Shown: positions 39,701 to 49,848, counted from the first letter of the stretch. The stretch is 64,000 nt of DNA from Monocercomonoides exilis PA203 (GCA_001643675.2 LSRY02000007.1:1240001-1304000), one strand, 5' to 3'. Notes: generated by a model from the letters alone, not told the origin. Program-made: numbers and translations.

Positions 39701-42059
39701 AATATCACATTCGCTTTCCCAAAATAATAGAATTCCAAAGCAGGTTCCTTCGCCAATTTGTCTTTCTCCCGATCCTTTGAATTGCGAAGCGTCTCCAGAA
39801 ATAATTAATGAACATGAACTCAAAAGCAATGCGTATTGTTCTTCTGAAGACAATTTGTGTTTTGAGAATGCAGAGAAAAGAGACATGGAATCAAGAGCAC
39901 AACTTTACGATCCAAGCAGTGGGCAATATTATCTGACAGAATCAACAAAGAAGATACGTTGGGCAATGTTTGGCTTAATGGATTGGACAGTGCAGATGGT
40001 TGCTAAAGAACTGGAAAGGAACATGCAAAGAAAAAGGAAAGAGAGAAGAATGAGAGAAGAAAAGAAAATATCAGAGGATGACGAAACTGAAGAAAATGCA
40101 AAAGAAGGAGAGGATGAGAAAGATAAGAATCAAAATGACAAACAAGAATTTGAGAAACAAGAAAGAGAGTGTGTGAAACATATCGAAAAAGATGATGATT
40201 ACAAGCTTATGGAACAAATGGTCAAAAGCATATTAAACAAACCTTCAACACAATCCTTATCATCACAGTTGCAAAGCAAATGCTTATTTTCGTGTCCTTT
40301 AACGTTTGAAGAAGAAAATGCAAAGCACAACTCAAATGAAATTGATAAGCAAAAGGAAAATGAAAATACTTGTACTGACAAATTTGAACAAAATCTGATT
40401 ATCGAAAAAGATCCTCATCTTGAAGCAAAAGATGATGAAGATGAAGAAGCTGATGAAGAAGCTGATGAAGAAGCAATCCTCCTCAAAGTTTCTGATTGTC
40501 TGGAACGAATTGTGTTTGGACTATTCTCTTCTCGCATATTCACCACCACTTTATTTCAAGCTGCTGATTCTTCTGTTTCGCGTCTTTTTTCCTCTCTCTC
40601 TTTTCTTCGCTCGAATGATGTTTCTGTTTCTGGGGGAATCTTCAAGGCAGATGGATGGGAAGATCTGTGGACGAAGGCACTTGTTTTCATTGACAGGATG
40701 GATGAGCAAGAATCACCTTCTGCAAAATTGGATATTTTGGATAAAGCAGTTTCATTTCTGAAGGAAATGATTACAAATGCAAAGAAATGGAAGAAGAGAA
40801 AAAAAATTAGAAAAGAGACTGAGAAAAAAGATGTAATTTACGACAAAGCTAAACAAAAATCAGATGCTGGAGATTTGTTTCCTTCAAATTCAATGGATGA
40901 TATTTCTCATATTTCATCCTCACAATCCATTGAGTCAGCATCTGATCCAGCAGCTTTTCAAGGAGTGCAAAGTTTATCTTCTCCACGTTCAATTTCACTT
41001 CAAAATATTGTTCTCTCTCCGAGTGAGCGCATTATAGAGATGGATGAGTTCCTGCCTCTTCTGCTGTTTGCTTTCCTCCGTTCGAATCCGCGTCGTCTTG
41101 TATCAACACTTTCATTTATCAACACATATTTATATTCCTCTAATTCTTACTATATGAGTGACCCAAAAAGAGTTCATTTGCTGGCGGATCTTTCAAGCGC
41201 TGTGGGAATGGTAAGAAACATCAACAGCATCTTGCTGTGTGCTGTCGACGAGGAAAAAGTGACAGAGCATTTAGAGGAAGCGCAGTTTATTTTGGAAGGG
41301 AATGTGATTATTGATCTTGCAACAGCTGACGAAGAAACAAGAAGGATGATGCTTGACAATGAAAAGAAAAAGAGATTAGAGAAAAAGGAAATCAACAAAA
41401 AAAGGAAAGATAATGAATTGTTTTTAAAAGATATCGAAATGTTTTCTCCTCAAGTGCATATGTCCGGAACAGAAAAAGCAGATTCACTTGAAACATCAAA
41501 TACATCAATTGGTTCTCCCAAGCAAAAAATAGCAAAACTGAAAGAATCAGTTGAAACTCAACAAAATACATCTGTTTTATCCCCAAACCGAACTTTCTTT
41601 TCATCTTTAGCAGATGCTGTAGCATCAATTTTTCGCAGATCAACTCAGCAAGCACCCCCAGAAACAGAACCTGAACTGAGTTCCAGTCAGTCGTCTTTTG
41701 ATAACGGAAGCAAAAATGATAGTGAGAAAGAGAAGCGGAATGAGAAAGAACAAGAGAAAGAAATCGAAAAAGTTGAAAGTATTCAGCAGCAACAGAAGGA
41801 ACCAAAGCCTTTCACTCCGTTTCCATCTTCATTGGCACTTTCTAACACCACTCAACTCTCATATGCAGAAGATGGAGAAGTATATCAGTCAATTTGTCAA
41901 ACTCCTGAGCAACAAACGCAATTTATGCCTCCCTTATCCACTTCTCCTCTACCTCCTCTTTCATGGAACGATGCCTTCAAACTTACAGAGCAAGCATTAA
42001 ATGCTGGAGATAAGTCTGATGAACAGCCATTTAATGATCAAATGATTATTAAAAAATGA
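36744..42059 (+). CDS. VPS9-domain Rab GEF with VARP/ANKRD27-like N-terminus (1771 aa, single exon)
   Basis: VPS9 motifs SPSAKLDILDKAV...MDEFLPLLLFAFLRSNPRRLVSTLSFINTY...LLADLSSAVGMVRNI. The N-terminus EILNNPFI...VIFVPLATSL...HIGIP...YSTMGGQIV resembles the VARP N-terminal region. Confidence 0.85.
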   Translation: MSASFLEQEILNNPFILDILTSKSLSSHLNALPPESVIFVPLATSLRYCYFDENFFKMHIGIPICDSKNIYSTMGGQIVTCSRFHITLSDKPGHCGNNLNSTQEEVRFIFDCDPLYISDTTKQIKILASPSLRSKYRGSKNVTHESEAFCITLVGRGLLSLFQKNDNILAEQKVQNAPQNQRLLNIIFTELPLVRIPFKEGKSLNHIVQVIPSKLFSSYDLRFYSSLIVGELGYLLQLSSGSQYCSSASSKVSKTSNNSHSLCDVNSLVDLSGIRFSFYSPPFEKVMPTKLINQFFDSCNDIPIISFCPLDASMNSFSSIFIKQIISSLTGQILRYGKCKGFQLNTFQVLSTVKGNEAENEFEGATSEERAKKSKKQKLDVSLKNAEIPIYTIIRLLSYSEKVSSLSLHTLLEATRAVQANRNSNCGGSFGVECNHDVEKDEESKRKKKERNTDEKIEKDEKRKEYKANGKYLQVNEIHWKWEDVRNVLPSPPCLASFKETKMENSRNTSSSFSELDNFVNDDSKRVCCANGSNETSKVQLMGCVCGCIEKLPYQHFERRKNEVAAQDEIDALNWILRFLGTLYFFSVPSSSGSQEEKVLSQTEKRSILKSDTAKKKTDKTEVKQKRSKKIKKEIPKLLQKEISRTESLFSNIKQLHVASLLVCLHSNVVRSIQKERGETKESEVTNVNIENDPLCNTKEESSVFFDFPSDSPSSSSSSSSSSSLFHNALSPSLSFLSDFTSKSSSFTDFADKSERDDMKLEQTTEHECISSEFDKLKIMDHAYSDSSLPISKDQESFFPDMQKHLPRFSALDSSICMKLSSSSCFSLSQKSSTSESITHKKTVGLKHIFFNSSAGILFSESIYSAQKRKKQSFIQTTAPLDTSSSLQSISSASSFQNRSASHHFYNSSLLSHTFAFYPFTSAIWKELATIASLSHCSSSSFANLCFHTHSSLAALSLVLRTIPSSRTASANIISENNDRVIAFLSISHSLSQNNRIPKQVPSPICLSPDPLNCEASPEIINEHELKSNAYCSSEDNLCFENAEKRDMESRAQLYDPSSGQYYLTESTKKIRWAMFGLMDWTVQMVAKELERNMQRKRKERRMREEKKISEDDETEENAKEGEDEKDKNQNDKQEFEKQERECVKHIEKDDDYKLMEQMVKSILNKPSTQSLSSQLQSKCLFSCPLTFEEENAKHNSNEIDKQKENENTCTDKFEQNLIIEKDPHLEAKDDEDEEADEEADEEAILLKVSDCLERIVFGLFSSRIFTTTLFQAADSSVSRLFSSLSFLRSNDVSVSGGIFKADGWEDLWTKALVFIDRMDEQESPSAKLDILDKAVSFLKEMITNAKKWKKRKKIRKETEKKDVIYDKAKQKSDAGDLFPSNSMDDISHISSSQSIESASDPAAFQGVQSLSSPRSISLQNIVLSPSERIIEMDEFLPLLLFAFLRSNPRRLVSTLSFINTYLYSSNSYYMSDPKRVHLLADLSSAVGMVRNINSILLCAVDEEKVTEHLEEAQFILEGNVIIDLATADEETRRMMLDNEKKKRLEKKEINKKRKDNELFLKDIEMFSPQVHMSGTEKADSLETSNTSIGSPKQKIAKLKESVETQQNTSVLSPNRTFFSSLADAVASIFRRSTQQAPPETEPELSSSQSSFDNGSKNDSEKEKRNEKEQEKEIEKVESIQQQQKEPKPFTPFPSSLALSNTTQLSYAEDGEVYQSICQTPEQQTQFMPPLSTSPLPPLSWNDAFKLTEQALNAGDKSDEQPFNDQMIIKK

Positions 42060-42522
42060 ATTTAGAAGATAAGGTTTTGGTTTTTCGCTTTTTCATTTTT
42101 CTTCCAATTTTCTTTTCTTTTTTATTTTTTTTTTTAATGTGCGTTTGCGAGCACAAATTTCTTTTGTAGAGTTGAAAATTTTGTCATTTTTATGTGTGTT
42201 TTATTTTGATTAGAAATTGTCGGATTGTTTGAACGTCTTATTTAATCTTCATTTTGAAATGATTGTTAATGAATTCAATCAAAAAATATTGAAACAGAAA
42301 GAGCAGAATAAGGTTTTCTTTTTCAGGTGTTAAAAATGATATTTCTTCATAAAAAGTGAAGAGGATATTATAATAATGATAGATCACGTTTTCTTTCAAT
42401 CAAGTATAAAAGCTCAAAGCTCTAAAAGAAAATCATTTACATGTTATAGTGCATATAAAAAATTCAAAAAAGGCAATTACTTAAAAAAAGAAGTGAAAAA
42501 CATGCTTTTTAGTGTTGAATAA

Positions 42523-45500
42523 TCATAATTCTTCAGATGATGATAGAAGAGAAGATCCAGAAGTCGACAAATAAGAAGTGTGGAGGTGATTCAGTGGAGC
42601 TGGTGGTGAAAGAAGGGATGAAGCAACTGGTATTGATTCAAGAGCAAGTGATGTGGAATGATCATTACGTGGTGAAAAAGATGAATGTTTGGATGAATAA
42701 GGAGAGTTGGAAGCGAAAGATGATTCAGCTGATAAAGTTGAAGGGAAAAGAGAGGAAAGAAGCGAAGCAGTTGATTTCAGTTTTGGTTTAGATGGTGTTG
42801 TTGAATGCTGCGAAGATGTATAAGAGTACGAGGAAGACGATGAAGGTGAAGAAGATTGTGAAACATGAGAAGGAGAAGTTGCAACATGTTTTGAATTAGA
42901 AGAAGAGTCGAAATTAGCACTTCGATGTCCGCTTTCAGGCAAAATGGTCTCAAAAAGTTGGTTCAAAACTGCAACAGCTGATGGAGATGAAAAAGTCGAG
43001 TGAGCTTCTTCCGGATTTGGAGAAGTGGATGAAGAAAATGAGGGATGAGTATTAGAAGTGGAAAAGACTGATGGTTGAGAGCCAATATCTGAAGAAATAT
43101 CACGTGAACGTGAGGAAGAAGAAGGAGAATGAGAAAAAGGTTTTGAAAAAGATGCAATAGTTCTTGGAGAATATTGTGCAATCACTGAAGGAGATGAAGA
43201 AGATGAAGCATATGTTGAGCTTAGCTTTTGTTGAGGTGTAAATGAAACTGTTTTCTCATAGTTGCTAGGCTGTGATTGTAAAATGTTTGATTGCTTTGGA
43301 GAATAAGCTTGTTGCGCTTTTTTTGATTCGTTGAAGAAAGGACTTGAAGAAGGAGTTGAAGAAGGAGAAGGAGAAGAAGGAAACGATACTGGTCCAGTTT
43401 TCGGAGAAGAAAAAAGAGGATGATGCGATGTGACTGAAGCAGCAAGCGACTGAGGAGGCAAAGGCGACGTACGAGAACTTCCAATAAAAGAGGTTTGAGG
43501 ACGAGAATGTGAATGATGATGGTGATGCTGACGAGGATTCGTTCCAGTCATTCTCTGATCAGATCTTGAAGCTTTTCGACTCGCACTTTCTCCTTCTTGA
43601 TAACGTGATTCGTCTTCTATTAAACTTTTTCTTGTACTCCTCTTCATTTCTCCATCTCTTGATGTTTTTGAATAGTTGAGTCGTTCATTGTGTTTTTCTC
43701 TATTCTTTGCTTGGGAGTATGTCAATTGATGCTCAATTACAGAAGCAGTAACAGGACGTGTTTGACGAAGAGTGTCCAAAAGTTCCTCAGAATTGCTGTG
43801 CTCAGAAGATTCTTCTTCATAATAATCGCTTTCTCTTTTTCTGTCTCTCCGCCTCTCATTTTCTCTTTCCCTTTCCCTTTCCCTTTTTCTATCTCTATCT
43901 CTTTCCTTTTCTCTTTCCCTTTCCCTTTCCCTTTCCCTTTCCCTTTCCCGTTCCCGTTCCCGTTCCCTTTTTCTATCTCTATCCCTTTCTCTTTCTCTTT
44001 CCATTTCAGATGATTGTTCGTGAAAGCTATCACCATACTGATCTTTATAAATGCGTTCATTTCTCTTGATTCTATTCGGGCTAACATTCTGAGCTCGTGG
44101 TGAATTCTTGTGAGTAGAATAAGGAGAGTAATTGTGTGATGTGGAATCATGGTGATGGTGATGATGATGTTCACGTCGATAAGTTGAATTTTCGTCTGTG
44201 TCAATTCTCTGCTGATGGTGATGATGTGTGCGGCCATATGGCTTGCTTCCATTTGAACGAGAAAAAGTTTCATGGTGACTGTTGTGTCTGGTGCGACTGT
44301 TGTTTGAAGGCTGTTGATAGTGGCGATGATGAGTTTGATGCATATGAGTTGAGTTTCGCTCAGAATCAGGTGAAGAATAAGAAGATTGCGAGACTTCATC
44401 TTCAGAAAAGCGTGAATTCCCTTCTTTTGAAGTTGCCGCGTATATACTCCTCTGAGATTTTTCTTCTTCGCGTTGAGGTGTTGCGAATGTTTTACGTTCA
44501 ATTAATGTATGCTTTAGAGGCTGTAATTTTGCTTGAATACCATCTTGCACCTGTCTTGGTGATAATGCTTGATCACTTTCTCTTATTTCTTTATCATCAA
44601 TATTTTGCTCTGATTTATTGCTTCTTTGCTCGTGGCGAGATGGTGTATATGTCAAATGAAAATGCTTGGGTGAATAAAATGTTTGCACCAAAGGAGAAGG
44701 CGGGGGAGTAACAGCTCTTGGAGTTTCAACACGAACTTTTTGTTGATGTTCTCTAAATGGTGTACTGCATGTTTGTTCATATGAAATGTTTGATAGATTC
44801 TCTGGAAGCATTACGTTAGAATCTGGCAGCGGTGATGTTAACGGTTTGGATGTGAACGAAAATGGATTTAGTGTCACATCCTTGGGGAGAATTGGCTTGG
44901 AAAAATCGGTTTCATACATCGAAGGAACAGTTCTTTTTGCATATGTCTTGAAATTTGAAGGAGTTGAATAGTTAAAAGAAGTAGAAGATGTCGTCGCTGC
45001 CATGGAAGGGAATCGCCCTGGCGATCTAGTTGAAATTGGATTTGTTATTGCTGGAGAAACGGCAGGAAGGCCAGAATCAGGTAATGTGTTTTCCATGGTC
45101 TCCACTCTTGTTTGATAAGGACTTTTTAAAAAGAATGAGTCCGATTTCGGAGTGGAAAGGGTGTGGAAATATGATGTGTTTTGAGGAAGATATTCCTCTT
45201 CAATTCTTATTTTATGGTTTGAAGATGTTGCAAATCTCTTTGTTTTTTTCATCTTTCTTTTTGGCGATGATGCGGTTTTTTTCTTAGAAGTGGATCGAGG
45301 AAGAAACGGAGAAAATGGGGGAGGTGGTTCTATATTTTGCTTTTTTTCCTTTTCAAATGGCTCCATGAAAGACCTTGCATCAAGATCGTGATCAATCCAA
45401 TCAAGAGTTTTTGAGAGAAGTCCTTTTGAAAAATGATATATAATAATTCATTTAAAAAATCAAAAGGCTATTAACAAACGAGAAGATTTTGGAGTTTTCT

Positions 45501-45634
45501 TTGGAGAATTAGGAACATAAAATGGACTTGGAGCCGATGTGTCAACTCGTCCTCGATACACAGTCTTCCTAAAATTGAATTATTGTACCAAAAATATTTT
45601 ATCATTTGCATTGAAATTTTTATTCAAACGACAT
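42523..45634 (-). CDS. Hypothetical disordered Ser/Pro/His-rich protein with Arg-Glu/Arg-Asp dipeptide repeat (~1,000 aa)
   Basis: Exons 45634-45630, 45568-45480 and 45422-42523, all phase-consistent GT-AG, giving MSKTVYRGRVDTSAPSPFYVP... No recognisable domain. Confidence 0.75.
43857..44000. repeat. Hexamer repeat array ((TTTCCC)n and variants) encoding RERERE/RDRDR
   Basis: Read directly. It includes two copies of the RDRDRKRERERE unit. Confidence 0.85.
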
Positions 45635-45818
45635 GTTGTTGCCTGGCGCAGTATCGAGTGCAAAAAGAAATTATTTAAACGATAAAAGAAAAATAAAGGG
45701 TGAATGAAGTGAGTGAAGTGTTGAAAAGTGACTTATTATTAAATAAATATATAATATGTTGGTAACAAAATAATACTGAAAAAATCAAAAATATAAGTTG
45801 AAAAGTTCTTTTTCATTT

Positions 45819-46669
45819 TCAACTACAACAGCTTTTATCATCAGTGTCCACTGTATTGAGAATTTCAGCTTTGGTTGGCTTTATGACTGGAAGCGAACGA
45901 TTTGATTGTGTGACAATAGGTACTGTAGCGATAGACATTTCGGTCTGAATATAAAATGAAAGATTTCCGTGTTAACAATTAGAAATATTGAAAACAGTTC
46001 AAATTGAAATATCTCATCAAACGGTATTTCTCATTGCATCATTTTTTACGGATATTGCCTTCATAAGTGATAAAAATGATTTTTCAACGTTTGCTCCTGT
46101 TTTTGCAGATGTTTCGTGAAAGTGGAGTCCATGAGCTAAAAAAATATCAAAAAATACATTCAGGAGCCATTTGTAAGTGAGCTCAAACCTTGTGCAAATG
46201 ATTCACCTTCATCCTTTCTAACTTCACGTTTTGACAAATCGCATTTATTAGCTACGAGCATTATCACAATTTCAGGGTCTGCATATTCCCTGATATCTTT
46301 AACCCATTCATCAAGATGCTCAAAAGTTTCACGCCTCGTTACATCATACACAAGCAATGCCCCTTGAGCATTTCTATAGTACTGACGGGTCACCGATCTA
46401 AACACTTCCAATCCTGCAGTATCCCAAATATGAAGTTTTATTGGCCTTTTGTCCATTACAATTGTTTTCATTCCAAATTCAACTCCAAGAGTAACGTCAT
46501 GAAATTGACGAAATGTATTTTCCAAATATTGCTGAACCAAACACGATTTTCCAACTGAAACATCTCCACAAGTAACTAAAATGTGTAATAGAATGTTTTT
46601 GAAATTGAATAACAAAACAAGAATTATGTTAAATTCAAAACTGAACTTAAAAATTATAGGCGATTCCAT
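45819..46669 (-). CDS. Rab-family small GTPase, Rab2-like (217 aa)
   Basis: Exons 46669-46642, 46575-46189, 46135-46023 and 45944-45819 sum to 654 nt. Motifs are GDVSVGKS, HDVTLGVEFG (Rab2-like effector loop), WDTAGLE, YYRNAQGALLVYDVTRRETF, ANKCD and ETSAK, with a C-terminal CCS prenylation signal. Confidence 0.93.
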
Positions 46670-46947
46670 GTGGAATGCAATTGGGTGATCGAATTTTCAA
46701 TATGAATACGGAATACAGCTCATATTAGTAAAAAAATAGATCATTACTGAACCTTTATAAAATAATCACTTTTCCAATAACTTTTAATTTTTTCAATAAA
46801 AGTTGGTAATTGTCTTCAACGTATAATATTGTTATATTCTGTGTGTGATCATGAAATTTTTTAAAAGAATAATGTTATTTTTGTAAATATTTTGATTATG
46901 AAAAAAAAAACAATGTTAAAACTTTTCCCAAAAAGAAAAATATGTTA

Positions 46948-47325
46948 CAGTTTGTGCAAAAAATACCGGACAAGATCGATATCTCAATAACAGCAAGAAG
47001 AAAAATTCTGTTAAATTTCCCTCAAAATACATCTCATCAATACAAACTCGTGTGACATACAAGACTTTCAGGACAGCTTCGTTTGAGCTCAGAAAAAAGA
47101 TATATCGAAATCTCGGAGAAATAGGATTTTGAGTTTCTCAGAAATTTCAAAAATTATTCTTTTCTGAGCACAAATGAAGCTGTTTTGAAAGTATCGTTTA
47201 TCAATTGAGTTTGTATTGAAGAGATATATTTTGAGAAAAATTATCAGAATTATTCCTTAGCAGTTATTGTGAAATCGATCTAATCCGGTATTTTTTGCGA
47301 TGTCCGGTATTTTTTGCACAAACTG
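46948..47325. mobile_element. MITE / non-autonomous Tc1-mariner-type DNA transposon (378 bp)
   Basis: Perfect 25-bp TIRs CAGTTTGTGCAAAAAATACCGGACA (46948-46972 and 47301-47325), flanked by TA on both sides (46946-47 and 47326-27). The interior arms are imperfect reverse complements. There is no ORF. Confidence 0.88.
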
Positions 47326-47529
47326 TAATTGAAAATTTTATTTGAGTTGGCAAATGCAATAGATCACGGTTTCATGTGATCTGTTCACTGAATCAAAATA
47401 TCTTTTGAGTTTGGTGTGAAGAAATTTATAAGATTTTAGGGTTTAAACAAATAAAGCATGATCAAAAAAACCAAAACGTTGGATTTGGGTTTTGTGAAAT
47501 GATTTGATGGTTAGGGTTAACAGAAATAT

Positions 47530-47795
47530 AAATGGGTGGTAATTTTTGAAATCATATCTTTTTTCGCGTTGTTGATTTTTCAAAGATTGTTAGGTTTTGA
47601 AAGAAAATTTTAATTCAAAAGAGAAAAAGCATGATAATTGTTGTTCAAAACAAATGGTTGATTAGAATCAAAGATAAAAACACATTCAATAAGCCTTTTC
47701 ACTTTTCAATTTTTTTTATTGATTTTCAAGAAATATTTTTGCACCGAAATTTTTGAAAGAAAAAATATGATTTCAAAAATTATCACCCAAATTTT
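47530..47795. repeat. Degenerate inverted repeat (foldback) with ~35-bp arms
   Basis: AAATGGGTGGTAATTTTTGAAATCATAT pairs with ATATGATTTCAAAAATTATCACCCAAATTT. Confidence 0.7.
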
Positions 47796-47797
47796 AA

Positions 47798-48045
47798 AAA
47801 TGGATAATTATTTTTGAAAAGTCGCAAATGTTGAGTTTCCAAATTAATCATAATTTTCATGTATTGCTCAAATTTATGTTAACATTCACAAAACTTCACT
47901 AAAATGGAATCTATTTCTGGATAATGTTATTTCAAAGATTCTTAAGAAGATTCGTGAGTGAAAACATATATTTGAGCAAAATATGAAATTTTTGATTTAA
48001 ATGAAAATTAAACATTTGCGACTTTTCAAAAAGAATTACCCATTT
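47798..48045. repeat. Long imperfect inverted repeat (foldback, ~100-bp arms), probable MITE relic
   Basis: The arms share a perfect 22-bp match, TTTTTGAAAAGTCGCAAATGTT / AACATTTGCGACTTTTCAAAAA, and keep pairing with scattered mismatches for about 100 bp. Confidence 0.8.
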
Positions 48046-48881
48046 GAGGTCATAAAACACAATAAAAACGGGTCCATTTTTTGACATTCGTGAAATGATT
48101 AAAAATTTTATGTTTCAATTTCAACTATGCTTATTTCAGGATATGAAAATCAAAATTATTTTGAAGTCTGAGAAAGCGATCAAAAGTTATGAGGAAACAA
48201 TTTTTTCATGCTTTGTGCTTAAAAAGCTTGAAAGTCCGAATTTTCCCCCACATATTATAAATTTGTACGAAAATGAAAATGAAAACGATTTTTTTGGTGA
48301 TTATTAATTTTTCTCACATGAAATAAGTCCAGAACATTTTTGCAAAACAAAAAAAGAAAAAAATTCGAAAATATCAAAATTTCCTATTCAAAAGTTTTTA
48401 AAAACAAATAATATAGTTTCTTCCGTGTAAATTTTGTTTCTCATTGTTAAATTTTAGAACAAAGAAAACACATCACTATTCTTTATTTTTTCTGCATATT
48501 CAATTTTCGACTTCATCAAAAAAAGAAAAAGAAACAAAAATATAAATAACAAGAAAAAATTTTCTTCATTTTGAATTATGATTTTTCATTCATTTTCATT
48601 ATTCTTTTTGAATTTTCATTTCAAAAAATAAAAAAATTGTATTTTTATTTCTGTTTTTTTTTTTATTTCATTTATCATTATATATAAAAAAAAAAAACAT
48701 TCGTCAAGAAGAACTAAATAGAATTTTAATATTGACAAAAAATAAATTCACTCAATAATATGCATAATTTGAAAAGAGATTAAGAATATTAAATTATCAG
48801 TATAGAATTATCTATCTGAAAACATCTTATAATGGCAGTCCGATCTACCATACTATCTTCTTTCTTTAATTTTATCACGTC

Positions 48882-49848
48882 ATGGACAATTATCTAACAC
48901 TTGCTTATAAAGATATCGATTCTATTAATCCTTCGTTGCTCCAAACTTACGGCTCAAAATTGGTGCATTTGGATTTGTCATATAACAAACTTACAGATAA
49001 AAGCCTTGGCCCAATTGCAGGATTTGAAAAACTTGAATCTCTTGTGCTTGATGGAAATATTCTCACATCATATGTCAGCTTTCCTTACCTTCCTAAACTT
49101 CATACACTTTCTGTTAACAAGAACAAAATCGCTAATCTTTCACTTTTTATTGAAAAAGTGGTATGTAATTTTTTGTCAAAAGCTTTTTTATTTATTACTT
49201 TAATGAACACATTCAATGCTTTGATGCTATGTTTATTTTGATATTTTCTTGTCTTGCACTTTTAAGCGGACGAATATGCCAAGTCTGAGATTTTTGAGTA
49301 TGCTTTCTAATGAGGCATGCCCAAATTATTTTTTTCATCGCTCACCACAGGAATACCAAGATTACCGGTTTGTTTTTATAAATTGTTAAAATTCATTTTC
49401 ATTGAACGTTTAAAATTAAAATTTTTATTTATTCCGAATTCACAAATATATCTGAATATAAATTCATTTATCAACTGCTTTTAGCTATTATGTGATCTCA
49501 AGATTACCAACGCTTTCAATTTTAGACACTACACCAGTTAGCGATGAAGAGAGACTTCAGGCTTTAGGTCTTTATGGATACCATCCAATGACATATCAAA
49601 CAGTGTCCAATGTTGGAGCACCGCAACCCTCTGCAACTTCATCAGCAACTCCAGCATCCCAGGCTCTTTCATCTTCACCTCCACCAGAATATTATTCTTC
49701 AGCAGTTCCATCTGGCTATGCTTCATCCGCGTCCCCTGGATATGCAAGTGGTACACTTGTAAGCGGTAGTGGAGGTGCCTTTATGCCTCCAACATCAGCA
49801 GTTGATAAGGAGTGGGATAAACTACCTTCACGAGGAGGTTCTAGGTAA
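48882..49848 (+). CDS. Leucine-rich repeat protein, LRMDA (C10orf11)-like, with LRR-cap
   Basis: Exons 48882-49160, 49267-49367 and 49485-49848 are phase-consistent. Sequence LDLSYNKL...LESLVLDGN...LPKLHTLSVNKNKI...PSLRFLSMLSNEACPN...YQDYRYYVISRLPTLSILD...VSDEER. A small extra 3' exon cannot be excluded. Confidence 0.8.

Noticed and set aside
36744-46669. VPS9 GEF and Rab as a functional gene cluster
   Set aside because: VPS9 domains act on Rab5/21/22-type GTPases, whereas this Rab is Rab2-like. An unrelated gene intervenes, so the proximity is probably chance.
47434-47600. TTAGGG-like words as interstitial telomeric repeats
   Set aside because: There are only two isolated exact hexamers plus degenerate words, with no tandem array.
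32007-48045. CRISPR-like repeat-spacer array
   Set aside because: The repeats are simple tandem or inverted repeats without unique spacers. There are no cas genes and the context is eukaryotic.
48095-48307. 70-aa ORF beside the foldbacks as a transposase fragment
   Set aside because: It has no HTH or DDE-like motif and is consistent with a chance ORF in AT-rich DNA.
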